Below, in pieces: positions 30,980 to 42,113 of a stretch of DNA of 64,000 nt (its first letter is position 1; every line of letters starts with the position of its first letter). This DNA comes from an uncultured bacterium. Lineage in GTDB: Bacteria > Lernaellota > Lernaellaia > Lernaellales > Lernaellaceae. The DNA lies in the NCBI GenBank assembly GCA_964511015.1, contig CAZEDX010000007.1:11337-75336 (forward strand), read 5' to 3'. The position numbers and the translations under genes are program-made. The notes under the pieces were generated by a model, which worked only from the letters and a program-made list of their open reading frames with translations, was not told the DNA's origin and did no database searches.

Positions 30980-31993
30980 CTATAGGCGGACCGGAACCTG
31001 GGGGTAGGTGCGACGGTCGACGAACTCGGCCGCACAGCCGTGGTCGCTGGTCAATTCCGCGAGTTGACGGCCGGATTTGTCCAGCAAGGTCAGCCGGAGC
31101 GAGGCCACCTTGCTATTGTTACACCACAGTTTTTCTCCGTCGGGGTCGGTGTAGGTCACCGCGACCATTTCGTCGTCGCGGCAAACGATAGCGCCGACCG
31201 CATCCAACTCGTTGCTCGTCAAGTGAAAGGTCCAGTGGCCTAGATCCCAGCGACTGGCATTGGTGAGCCATTGCGCGGGCCGATTGAAGTAGTAGTCTCG
31301 CCCCCCGTGGCGCAGGTAGAACAGCTTGAAATGCGGACTGTTCAACGGCCCGAGGCGAATCTGCGCGTCGAGGCCTTCCCAGATGGCGTCCGGGTCTTCG
31401 CGGAAGGTGTTGCAGTGGCCCCACACCCAACGATGCGCGTGCTTGGTGCCCCAGAGGTGCGTCTGCTGTCCTGGCGCGTTCTTCACGTTGATCTTCCGCC
31501 CGTTCGCGATGACCGTGCCCGAAAAACGCGCATGCACGTGAGGCGAGAGCCCTTTGGTTTTCGGAAAGGTGCCGGTGTAGAACGACTCGTGGGGGAAGTA
31601 CCGATAGGTCGGTACGGTGGAGTCGAACGTCAGATTCCAGGACAGTCGATGGCCGGTCTGCTCGTCGGTCAACTGCGCGTGACAAGCATTCATTGTCAGT
31701 TCGGCGTCGGCGATGCCCACGCGAAAATGATCGCGGCCGACCGCCAGCCGGTCGATTGGAAAACGGTTCTTGACCGCGAAGTTGTTGGTCGGCCGATCCA
31801 CGTCGAAGAAGATGCCCCACAGCTCGCAATACGGCTGGCCGACGCGTTCCCGCGGGCTGGTCAGCGTGTAGCGAATCCAGGCGGCGGTGCGGCTGGCGGC
31901 GTCGTTCCATTTCAGGTAGTAGACTTCGTACCAGCCCCGGCGCCGGCCGTCCCACCGCAAGAGGTTGTCTTGTTCCCGCGCGTCCAGAGCCAT
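30980..31993 (-). CDS. Tocopherol-cyclase/CrtC-like beta-barrel protein
   Basis: True start MALDAREQDN (ATG 31993, GGAGGG SD); WYEVYY, HLWGTKHA..WVWGHCN.F aromatic-rich motifs. Family assigned by recollection of motifs. Confidence 0.55.
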   Translation of the reverse strand: MALDAREQDNLLRWDGRRRGWYEVYYLKWNDAASRTAAWIRYTLTSPRERVGQPYCELWGIFFDVDRPTNNFAVKNRFPIDRLAVGRDHFRVGIADAELTMNACHAQLTDEQTGHRLSWNLTFDSTVPTYRYFPHESFYTGTFPKTKGLSPHVHARFSGTVIANGRKINVKNAPGQQTHLWGTKHAHRWVWGHCNTFREDPDAIWEGLDAQIRLGPLNSPHFKLFYLRHGGRDYYFNRPAQWLTNASRWDLGHWTFHLTSNELDAVGAIVCRDDEMVAVTYTDPDGEKLWCNNSKVASLRLTLLDKSGRQLAELTSDHGCAAEFVDRRTYPQVPVRL

Positions 31994-32013
31994 GATCCCT
32001 CCCTTGCGTCCGT

Positions 32014-32502
32014 TTAACGCGGTGGCAGCGACCGCAGCCAACCGCTCAGCCAGCGGCACAACGCATCGTCGGGCAGACGCGACAGCGTGAACAACGCCCC
32101 GTCGCGGTTGCCGGTCGCCAATTGCGCTAGCGCCAGTGCGCGCACTTCGTCGCGCGCATAGCGCGAAGCGACGGCCGCCAATTCGCGTCGCCGGATCTCC
32201 TCGGCCGACAAGCGCCCGCACCAGGCGGCCAGCTCGCCGGCGATCTCGGTCTTGCCCGCCAAATCTTTGTTTTGCAGATAGTGCTGCATCGCCTTGGTAT
32301 ACAGGGCCTGGGCCTGCCCAAACGCTCGGCAATCGCCGCCGATGCCGCGCACCATCGCCGCATCGGCCGCGTACACGTGCTGCCGCTCGGTCTCCCGATG
32401 GCCGACTTGCAGGCGAACGCCCAGCGCGAACAAGGCGGCCAGCACCAGCAGCGATATCAGACCGACGACGATGTTGCGGCGGCGATCGGACTCAACTGGC
32501 AT
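32014..32502 (-). CDS. Hypothetical single-TM protein
   Basis: N-terminal TM (IVVGLISLLVLAALFALGV) then helical domain; packed between neighbours on the same strand. Confidence 0.65.
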   Translation of the reverse strand: MPVESDRRRNIVVGLISLLVLAALFALGVRLQVGHRETERQHVYAADAAMVRGIGGDCRAFGQAQALYTKAMQHYLQNKDLAGKTEIAGELAAWCGRLSAEEIRRRELAAVASRYARDEVRALALAQLATGNRDGALFTLSRLPDDALCRWLSGWLRSLPPR

Positions 32503-32506
32503 GGGC

Positions 32507-33190
32507 TTAATCCTCGTGGCGCTTGCGTCGGCGAGTGTACCACCACAAGCCGCCCAGCACGACCACGACGAACACCGTCGAGAACAGGAAGAACTGCCAG
32601 GTGGTCACCCCGCGCGCCGTCAGTTCCGCGGCTAGCTTGGTGAACAGCAACTGATAGAAAGCGGTGCGCACCAGCATGCCGAGCGCGCTGCCGGCGAAGT
32701 AAGGCCCGAAGCGCAGTTCCACCAGGCCCGCCGCGAAGTTGAAATGGCGGTAGGGCGTGACCGGCAGAATGCGCAACCAGGTGATCGTTTTCCAATCGGC
32801 GCGTTGCAGCTTTTCGTTGAAGCGCGCGAGATGGCGTCCCAGGAGTTGGTCGATCAAGTCCTTGCCCGCCAGCCGCGACAGGGCGAAGCTCGCCGCCGCC
32901 GCAGTCATTTCACCGACCCAGATAATCACGGTGCTGCCGACAAAACCGAACACCTGCGCCCCGGCGATCTTGAGAATGTCGCGCAACGGCACCGGCACGA
33001 TCGAGATCAGCGCATAGACCAACGCCAGCAACGCGCCGGACAGTAGCGGATCGAACGAACGCAGATAGGCGGAGACAGCGGCGAAGGTGTAGTTGTATCG
33101 TCGGGCCAAAAGACCCAAAATGACCAAAGCGGCGACGGCCACTACGAATTTCGCCGCCGCTTTCAACAACCGCCGCGGGTGCTCCTTCAT
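32507..33190 (-). CDS. TVP38/TMEM64 (VTT, DedA superfamily) membrane protein
   Basis: AGAQVFG...F.LSR..G, LRILPVTPY...NFAAG...F..YF.GS.LG pattern. Confidence 0.88.
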   Translation of the reverse strand: MKEHPRRLLKAAAKFVVAVAALVILGLLARRYNYTFAAVSAYLRSFDPLLSGALLALVYALISIVPVPLRDILKIAGAQVFGFVGSTVIIWVGEMTAAAASFALSRLAGKDLIDQLLGRHLARFNEKLQRADWKTITWLRILPVTPYRHFNFAAGLVELRFGPYFAGSALGMLVRTAFYQLLFTKLAAELTARGVTTWQFFLFSTVFVVVVLGGLWWYTRRRKRHED

Positions 33191-33250
33191 GGGGCACTAG
33201 CATTAGCACAGCGGCGCGTAAATGCAACGAAGCACCGACGGAGACGGGCC

Positions 33251-34480
33251 ATTCGGCTGCTGCTGGCGTCCAACCGCTATTTTTTGTCCGGGGGGCCGGA
33301 ACGCTACCTGTTCGCGGTCAGCTCCTGGTTGGCGGCGCGCGGTCATGAGGTCGTGCCGTTCGCGCTGCGCTATGCGCGCAACGAACCGACGCCCGCCGCG
33401 GCCTACTTTCCGCCGCCGCCGCTCGACGACCAATTCGTGCTGCACGGTGACCGCCGGTTGAGCCTCGGTGAAAAGCTGCGGCTCGCCGCGCGTGTCGTCC
33501 GCGACCGGGAGGTGTACGACGCCACCGCGCGCGTGCTGCGCGAGCGCCGCATCAACGTGGTCTACGCGCTGCAGACCGCGCATTACCTGTATCCGGATCT
33601 CGTCCTGGCCGCGCGCGACGCGGGTGTGCCGGTGGTGATGCGTTTGTCCGACTACCAGATGGTCTGCCCGGCCTACCATTGCCTCCGCACGGGCCGGCCG
33701 TGTTTCGACTGCCGCGACAGTCTGCTGCCGGCGTTGGTGCACCGCTGCCTGAAAAACTCCCTCGCCATCACCGGCACCCGGGTGGCGGCGATGGTCTATG
33801 CGCGCGCGAAGGGAGCGCCGCAAGCGGTGGCGCGTTACCTCGCGCCGAGCCGGTTTCTGATCGACACGATGGCCGCCGGCGGCTTTGACCGGGCGCGCTT
33901 ACGGCACCTGCTGACACCGCTGGCGCTGCCACCTGATCCGGGCCCGCCACCGGCCGACGGACCGCTGCTGTACGTGGGCGGCCTCACCGAAGCCAAGGGT
34001 GTGCGCGTCGCGCTGGAAGCCGTGCGCGGCACCGGCCGGCGGCTATTGCTGGCCGGCGACCCGAATACTCCGGACGCGCGGGCGCTGCAGCAGGCGGTGG
34101 GCGAGGTGCCGGAAGCGGAATTCGTCGGCTTCACCACCGGCGACGCGCTTGACGCCCTGTACGCGCGCTCGAGCGCGGTGCTGGTGCCGTCGCTGTGGTG
34201 GGAAAACGTGCCGCACACGGCGCTGGAGGCGATGGCGCGCCGGCGGCCGGTGCTGGCCAGCGCGCACGGCAGCCTGCCCGAAATCGTTCGCGACGGACAG
34301 ACCGGCTTGTTGGTTCCGCCCGGCAATGTCGCGGCGTGGCGCGAGGCGATTGCGCGGCTCGCGGAGCCGGGGCTGGCCGATCGGCTCGGTCGCACCGGCC
34401 GTGCCATGGTTGCCGCCGAGCACGACCCGCAACGCCATGTCCAGCGGTTGGAAGGCATCTTGCAAGAGGTGCGCTCGTGA
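33251..34480 (+). CDS. Glycosyltransferase family 4
   Basis: RLLLASNRYFLSGGPERY N-terminus, VPSLWWENVPHTALEAMA...GSLPEIV GT-B motif. Probable start is ATT 33251 (see findings). Confidence 0.9.
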   Translation: MRLLLASNRYFLSGGPERYLFAVSSWLAARGHEVVPFALRYARNEPTPAAAYFPPPPLDDQFVLHGDRRLSLGEKLRLAARVVRDREVYDATARVLRERRINVVYALQTAHYLYPDLVLAARDAGVPVVMRLSDYQMVCPAYHCLRTGRPCFDCRDSLLPALVHRCLKNSLAITGTRVAAMVYARAKGAPQAVARYLAPSRFLIDTMAAGGFDRARLRHLLTPLALPPDPGPPPADGPLLYVGGLTEAKGVRVALEAVRGTGRRLLLAGDPNTPDARALQQAVGEVPEAEFVGFTTGDALDALYARSSAVLVPSLWWENVPHTALEAMARRRPVLASAHGSLPEIVRDGQTGLLVPPGNVAAWREAIARLAEPGLADRLGRTGRAMVAAEHDPQRHVQRLEGILQEVRS

Positions 34481-36072
34481 AGAAGCACCGCTTTTTGGCC
34501 GCGCTGGTTATCCTGCACCTGGCGATCACCGGCGCGCTGGCGCTGTTCAATCCGCACGCGTTGCTGATCGATGATGCCTACTACACCCTGACCATCGCGC
34601 GAAACATTGCGACCGGACAGGGCATCACCTATGGCGGCTTCCCCACCAACGGATTCCAACCGTTGTACGCCTTCGTCACAGCGCCGCTGTTGGGGCTGTT
34701 GCCCGGCTATCCCGACCTGTGCCTGCGCTTGGTGCTTTTGTTGATGACAATCTGTTCTGCCGCGTTGCTGGTGGTGATCTATCGGCTGGCCGAGCGCTTG
34801 GCCGGGCCGCATGCCGCCGCGATCGCCGGCCTGCTGTACGCCGCCAATGCCACGCTGATCGGCCAGCTCATGAGCGGGCTGGAAACGCCGCTGCACGGGC
34901 TGCTGTTCTGGGGCTTCGTTGCCCTGTACCTGCGCTGGCGCGACACCGATGCGGTTCGGCAACTGGCCGAGCTGGGCGTGCTGCTGGCACTGACCGCCTA
35001 CGCGCGCTTCGACACGGTCTTTCTGTTTCTCGCCGTCGGTGTCGATCTGGTCAACCGCGATTCACGCCGGCCGGCGCGGTTCATCCGGCGGGGGCTGTCG
35101 TTGTTCGGGCCGGCGCTCGCCTTGCTGGCGCCGTGGTTCGTCTGGTGCCGGGTCACCTTTGGCACCTTCGCGCAATCAAGCGGCGAGTTCCATCGTTGGC
35201 GCGGCCTGGTGCGGCAGGATCTGCCCGACTCGCTGCTGGGCATGTTGCAATTCGGCCTGGCGAAGCTGGTCAGTCTCGGCGTGAAGTTGCCGTTGGAGGC
35301 TGTCGGGTGGGAAGGCGCGTCGCGCACGGCCGTCGGCCGGCTGCTCGGCATCGACCGGCCGCAGACCGGGTTGCTGATCGAACTGGCCCGCCAGCGGCCG
35401 TTGGTCGCGGGACTGTTGTCGACGGCGCTGGTGGGGCTGCTTTGGCTGGCCATCCGCCACGGGCGCGCGGGCTGGCGCAACCTGCGTCAATTGTCGCCGT
35501 TGTCGTTTCTGTGGCCGACGCTCGCCGGCGCCGCGGTCTACTACCCGCTGTACCAGCTGAACTACTCGATGCGCCACTTCTTCCCCTACGGCGTCGGCAT
35601 GGTGATGGTGGTGGCGGTGTTCGCCGCCGGGGTGTTAGGTTCATGGCCGGCAAATCGCGCGCTGCGCGCTGCGCTGGCGGTCTTATTGCTGGCGGCAACG
35701 GCCGGGCCGGGGCTCGGGGTTTGGATCACCAATGCCGATGACCGTGTGCCGCGCCGGTTGATCGCCACGTTGGAGATGGCCACTCCCGCCGGTTCACGGA
35801 TCGGCTACACCGATTGCGGCGTGTTCGGCTACTACGTGCGCGGCCGGACGATCGTCAACCTTGACGGCATTCTGAACTTCGAGGCGCAGCGCGAGATGCG
35901 CGCAGGCGACATCGGCGCGTACCTGCTGCGCCATCGCATCCAGTACGTGTTGTACCTGCATAACTTCCGCGCCGAATTCGCTCAGCAGTGGGACGAAACC
36001 ATTGCTCCGCGCGCCTTGCCGGTGGCGCCCACCGACTGGATCTATCGGATGGTCGGGCCGCCCGGTTCGTAG
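34477..36072 (+). CDS. GT-C-fold (ArnT/PMT-like) polytopic membrane glycosyltransferase
   Basis: GTG overlapping GT4 stop; DDAYYTLTIARN...G, GLETPL, ARFD, C-terminal GYY...NLDGILN soluble domain. Confidence 0.7.
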   Translation: MKKHRFLAALVILHLAITGALALFNPHALLIDDAYYTLTIARNIATGQGITYGGFPTNGFQPLYAFVTAPLLGLLPGYPDLCLRLVLLLMTICSAALLVVIYRLAERLAGPHAAAIAGLLYAANATLIGQLMSGLETPLHGLLFWGFVALYLRWRDTDAVRQLAELGVLLALTAYARFDTVFLFLAVGVDLVNRDSRRPARFIRRGLSLFGPALALLAPWFVWCRVTFGTFAQSSGEFHRWRGLVRQDLPDSLLGMLQFGLAKLVSLGVKLPLEAVGWEGASRTAVGRLLGIDRPQTGLLIELARQRPLVAGLLSTALVGLLWLAIRHGRAGWRNLRQLSPLSFLWPTLAGAAVYYPLYQLNYSMRHFFPYGVGMVMVVAVFAAGVLGSWPANRALRAALAVLLLAATAGPGLGVWITNADDRVPRRLIATLEMATPAGSRIGYTDCGVFGYYVRGRTIVNLDGILNFEAQREMRAGDIGAYLLRHRIQYVLYLHNFRAEFAQQWDETIAPRALPVAPTDWIYRMVGPPGS

Positions 36073-36132
36073 TCCGACGCGCCGCCGGGCGCGATTCGAT
36101 CTCCGGCCGCCGATGCGCTACAATGCCGCCCG

Positions 36133-37988
36133 ATGAGTCGTATTCTTTTCGAGCCGAAACAGCGCCTCCTGCTGCGCATTACCGTTGCCTTCGCGATGGT
36201 ACTCGCGTTGCAGGCCGGCCTGTCGACCTACCTGGTGCTCGACGCGATGAAGCGCACGCTGCAACGCCGGCTGCACGCCAAGCTGCTGCACGTGGGCACC
36301 ATCGGCGTGAACGATCCGGCGTTGCCGCCGACGTTGGACGTCCGCTCCGACGATCCGCACGCGATGCGCAAAATCGAAGCGACCACCGAGTCATTGCGCC
36401 GGCTGGTCACCATGGCCGACGTGCGCAACGCGTATCTCTACCGCATGCAGGGCCAACGCTTCATCTATCTGGCCGGCACCATCGACACCGGCCGGCCGCT
36501 GCCGGTGCCGCGCATTAACCGCAAGGCCATGCAGCGGCTGGCGGCCGGTTCGCCGACCACCTTCGGCCCGTACCCCGACATCGACGGCGCGCTGATCATC
36601 ACCGCCTATATGCCGATCATGGTCGGCGACCAGTTGCAGGGCGTGCTCACGATCGAAGACCTGGCGACCGACTTCGCGGTGATGACCCAGTTGCGTAAAC
36701 AGCTCATGCTGATCACCGCGCTGGGGTTTGTCATCGTGGTCGCGGTGTCGTTCTTCACCGCCAGCACGATCGTCAAGCCGATTCGCCGGCTGGTGTCGGC
36801 CGCCGCGTTGATCGGGCAGGGCGAGTTCAACACGCGCTTCAAGGTGCGCAGCACCGACGAGATCAATTTCCTGGGCCAGACGATCAACGACATGGCCGAA
36901 GACATTCAGGCCCGCGATGCGCAGATCCGCCACATGAACGAGGCGGCGCTGGCCGACGCGCAGCAGCTCTACCAGCACGTCCTGCGCGCGATGATCTCCG
37001 GCATTCTGACCGCCGACCTGAACGGCATGGTGACCAGCGAAAACCCCGCGGCCGAGAAATTCCTCGGTCCGCGCAAGCACCAGAAAGAGACGATGAGCGA
37101 GCGCCTGGCCGCGCATCCGGACCTGTTGTCGATCTGGCGCCGGGGCAAGCCGATCGCCAACCAGCCGGTGGTGCTGCGCACCCCGGAAGGCGAACTCAAC
37201 ATCGAAGCGACATTGCAGCCGCTGACCGACCACATGAAGAAGCCGATGGGTTTCAGCCTGTCACTGGTCGACCGCACCGAAGAACACCGGCTGCAGAAGG
37301 AACTGACCATGCGCGAGCGCCTGGCCGCGTTGGGCGAACTGGCGGCCGGCATCGCGCACGAGATCCGCAATCCGCTCAACGGCATCGAGCTGTTGCTCGG
37401 CCTGGTGCAGGAAGACCTGTTGGAAAAGGGCATGCTCGACGAGCGGTTCACGCGCATCCACGACGAGGTGGCCCGCCTGAACGTCATTCTGACCGACTTC
37501 TTGCTGTTCGCTCGGCCCAAGCCGATGGAGCCGGAGTCGTCGAACCTGGTCGACCTGGTCGAAGACGCGGTGGCGTTGGTGACCGCCGACATCGAAGAAA
37601 AGAAGATCGAGGTCACGCGCGAATTCGCCGCCGCGGTGCCCAATACCATGCTCGACCCGGCCGCCGTCCGGCGCGCGCTGGTCAACCTGCTGAAGAACGC
37701 CTGTCAGGCGATGGACGCCGGCGGCCATCTGTGGCTCAGCGTGCGCGGCCCCGCGGAAACCAACGAAGGCTTCCAGATCGAAATCCGCGACAACGGCCCG
37801 GGCATCAAAGAGGAAGTGCGGGACCGGCTGTTCCATCCGTTCGTGACGACCAAGGGCAACGGCACCGGCCTGGGCCTGTCGATCGTGCACAAGACGATCA
37901 TCAGTCACAACGGCTCGATTCACTGCTACAATCATCCGGCGGGCGGCGCATGCTTCGTCGTCCAGTTGCCTTATACGGAGGTGGCGTA

Positions 37989-37989
<1 letters not shown>
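36133..37989 (+). CDS. Membrane sensor histidine kinase (HAMP-PAS-HisKA-HATPase, NtrB-like)
   Basis: Two TMs, HAMP (DEINFL), AHEIRNPL, NLLKNA, DNGPGI, GTGLGL. Confidence 0.93.
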
Positions 37990-39377
<1,388 letters not shown>

Positions 39378-39450
39378 TCCCCCCGCTCCCCCTGCTGGAC
39401 CTCCAGCGCCAGACTTTCTATCATTCGGCCATAAACGCCGGAGATAGACT

Positions 39451-41169
39451 TTGTCGTTGCCACGCCCCGAGCATCCCGACCCGCTGCTGGTCCGTAACGA
39501 GTGGCTGTCGCTCAACGGCGAATGGCAATTCGTTGCCGGTGGCGACCCTTACGAGAAGTGGTTTCGGCGCGAGGCGCTGCCGCAGCGGATCCAGGTGCCG
39601 TTCTGCGTCGAGGCCGAGGTATCGGGCGCGTCCCGCTACGCGCGCGCCAAGAGCTTCTGGTACATGCGCCGGTTCACGTTGCCGCCGGAGTGGGCCGGCA
39701 AGCAGATCTTCCTGCGCATCGGCGCCGCCGACTACTACTGCACCGGCTACGTCAACGGCCGGCCGGTCGGCACGCACGAAGGCGGGTTCACGCCGATTGC
39801 CTGGCGCATCGACCACGCGCTGAACGACGGCGAAAACGTCATCTGCCTGGCGGTCGCCGAGACCCGCAAAGGCTGTCTACCGCGCGGCAAGCAGACCCAT
39901 CTCCCGTTCCGCTACGCCGTGTTCTACCGGCCCTTCTCCGGCGTCTGGCAAAGCGTGTGGCTCGAGGCGCGCGGATCGACGCATCTGGAATCCGCGCACG
40001 CCATCGCAACCGACGGCGTGTTCGAGTTCCGCGTGGCCTTCGGCGGTAACGCGCGGGGCCAATTGACCATTCGGCTCATTCACCCCGACGGCGATGCCGA
40101 CAACGAGATTCGCGTGCCGATTTCCGCCGGCCAGATGACCGTGCCGCTCACCCCCTTGCGCGCGGCTTGGTGGTCGCCCGATCGACCGCAATTGTATGGG
40201 GTGGAATACACCATCCGCGACAATGGTCGCGTGGTCGACCGCGCCACCGGTTACGCCGGTCTGCGCACCATCTCCGTGCGCGACGGCCAGGTGTGGCTGA
40301 ACGGACAGCCGTTCTACCAAAAGTTGGTGCTTTACCAGGCGTATTACCCCGGCGGTTGGGCGACCGCCGTCGATGACGACACCTTGCGCGGCGACGTCGA
40401 GCGCATCAAGGCGTTCGGCTTCAACGGCTTGCGCGTGCATCAGACGCTGGCCGATCCGCGCCTGCTGTATTGGTGCGACCGGCTGGGGTTGGTGGCTTGG
40501 GGCGAGATGCCCAGCGCGTTCGTCTTTTCGCTGGTCGATCGCCGCGCGTTCGAGATGCTGCTGCGCGAGGCGATTGCGCGCGACCAGGGGCATCCGTCGG
40601 TCATCACCTGGGTGCTGTTCAACGAAACCTGGGGGATTCCCCACATTCTATGGAGCGAGGGCGCGCGCCAGTGGGTGCGCAACATGGTTGGCCTGGCCCG
40701 CCGGCTCGACCCCTCGCGGCTGGTGATCGACAACTCCGGATTCGACCACCTCGACACCGACGTGCTCGACATCCACCACTACCTGACCGACCCCGCGCGC
40801 ATCCGCGACTTTTACGCCGCGCTGGCGCAGCCAAGCACGCGCGGATCGGCAAAGTCCAACCTCTACTTCGTCATGCCCAACCGGGTGACCAAAAACCCGT
40901 TCGCGCCGGGGGGCAAATACCGCGGCCAGCCGGTGCTGATCAGCGAGTGCGGTGGCCACGGCTTCGGCCCCTATGGTGGCAAAAACCAGACCCTCACCGA
41001 AAGCCTCACCCAGGTGATCGACCTGCTTGCCGAACACCCCCACCTGCGCGGCTTCTGCTACACGCAGTTTTGTGACGTCGAACAGGAGCGCAACGGCCTG
41101 TGCACCATCGACCGCGAACCGAAGGTCGACCCCGCCGCCGTGCGCGCTGTGCTGGCGCGGCTGAAGTAA
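39451..41169 (+). CDS. Glycoside hydrolase family 2
   Basis: PRPE...W.SLNGEW, HEGGFTP, GKQ, SGVWQSVWLE, HPSVITWVLFNETWG, ISECGG, TQFCDVEQERNGL. Confidence 0.92.
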   Translation: MSLPRPEHPDPLLVRNEWLSLNGEWQFVAGGDPYEKWFRREALPQRIQVPFCVEAEVSGASRYARAKSFWYMRRFTLPPEWAGKQIFLRIGAADYYCTGYVNGRPVGTHEGGFTPIAWRIDHALNDGENVICLAVAETRKGCLPRGKQTHLPFRYAVFYRPFSGVWQSVWLEARGSTHLESAHAIATDGVFEFRVAFGGNARGQLTIRLIHPDGDADNEIRVPISAGQMTVPLTPLRAAWWSPDRPQLYGVEYTIRDNGRVVDRATGYAGLRTISVRDGQVWLNGQPFYQKLVLYQAYYPGGWATAVDDDTLRGDVERIKAFGFNGLRVHQTLADPRLLYWCDRLGLVAWGEMPSAFVFSLVDRRAFEMLLREAIARDQGHPSVITWVLFNETWGIPHILWSEGARQWVRNMVGLARRLDPSRLVIDNSGFDHLDTDVLDIHHYLTDPARIRDFYAALAQPSTRGSAKSNLYFVMPNRVTKNPFAPGGKYRGQPVLISECGGHGFGPYGGKNQTLTESLTQVIDLLAEHPHLRGFCYTQFCDVEQERNGLCTIDREPKVDPAAVRAVLARLK

Positions 41170-41177
41170 TCCTTTTT

Positions 41178-41210
41178 CAGGATGAACAGGATTGCGAGGA
41201 TCGATAGGAT
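41178..41210 (+). repeat. Four AGGAT copies at exact 9-nt period
   Basis: AGGAT starts at 41179, 41188, 41197, 41206. Confidence 0.8.
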
Positions 41211-41327
41211 CCGGAGTTCCTTTTTCTGATCGCATCGGACCAACAGGATTCTGAGCGTTGCGAAGGAACTATGAAGAAGTCCAAGGCTGTCGTTTCCGAC
41301 TTTTCATTCTTCACTTTCTACTGGTCT

Positions 41328-41508
41328 CCGGCCTAAAGCCTCTCCCTCCGGAACCCTTCGCCACCCACCACTGTCCAATCAACCGGGCGATCGGTTCTTT
41401 CCGTGCCGGGTCATCCGCCCAACCGCCCGGCCGGAAACGGCACACGCTGGCCGCCGGCCGATCGCCCAGGAAGAGACTTTCGGCTGTAGGTAGGAGGCTG
41501 TAGACCGG
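41328..41508. repeat. Nested inverted-repeat element (~180 bp)
   Basis: CCGGCCTAAAGCCTC (41328-42) vs GAGGCTGTAGACCGG (41494-508), 13/15 complementary; GGGCGATCGG (41385-94)/CCGATCGCCC (41458-67) perfect; inner TTTCCG/CGGAAA and CCGGG/CCCGG. Confidence 0.7.
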
Positions 41509-41674
41509 AAACCCGGCTCCTATCACCCATCAGTTCTACAAGTAAGTCCCATCATTCCCACCCGTAGTTATCTCAAATCGAATGGCCAAACACTAGGCGC
41601 ACTTTATGGCAATCCCACAAATTCACGAACCGCCTTTACCACCAACGGTAACGGCTCCGCACCAGCGAATTACG

Positions 41675-41699
41675 GTAGCGGCGCACGGCTGTGCGCCCT
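41675..41699. repeat. GTAG-prefixed REP-like palindrome
   Basis: GTAGC-GGCGCAC-GGCT-GTGCGCC-CT. Confidence 0.55.
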
Positions 41700-41968
41700 T
41701 GCCGCCCCTTACCCTAAACCCCAGATCCTAGCCCCAAGACCCCTCATAGATCCTTCGGCAAAGCCTCAGGATGACGCCGCCTCCCCCGCTGTGAAATTTA
41801 TTGCCCTGTGAAATCTTTCACGGCATCTCGAACGGCTGTTCCAGCTCCGCTAGCGCCGAATTCAAAACGTGCCTTTGCCTCTCTTACAGCCGCAGGCGTT
41901 CACGCGGGCGAAATCGGCAAAAATCACGGTCGGAAAAAGGGCTTTTAACGGGAAATCGGCCCTAGTAA

Positions 41969-41981
41969 AATCAAGCACTTG
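41969..41981 (+). promoter_or_regulatory. IHF-binding site match
   Basis: AATCAAGCACTTG matches WATCAANNNNTTR exactly and has flanking A-tracts. Confidence 0.5.
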
Positions 41982-42113
41982 CACGTCGAAAAAGGTCCAA
42001 TTGCACGCCCTTTTTTCGGCGATGTGCGAAAAAATAATCCACTAAAACAAACATTTGCGCGGCAGTGGTTGCTCGAAAACACGACTGTTTGCGACAAGGT
42101 GGGACCGCGGCTC

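Noticed and set aside
41258-41526. Small ORFs (81 aa and 71 aa) in the convergent spacer
   Set aside because: No SD or motif support, and they overlap the inverted-repeat element.
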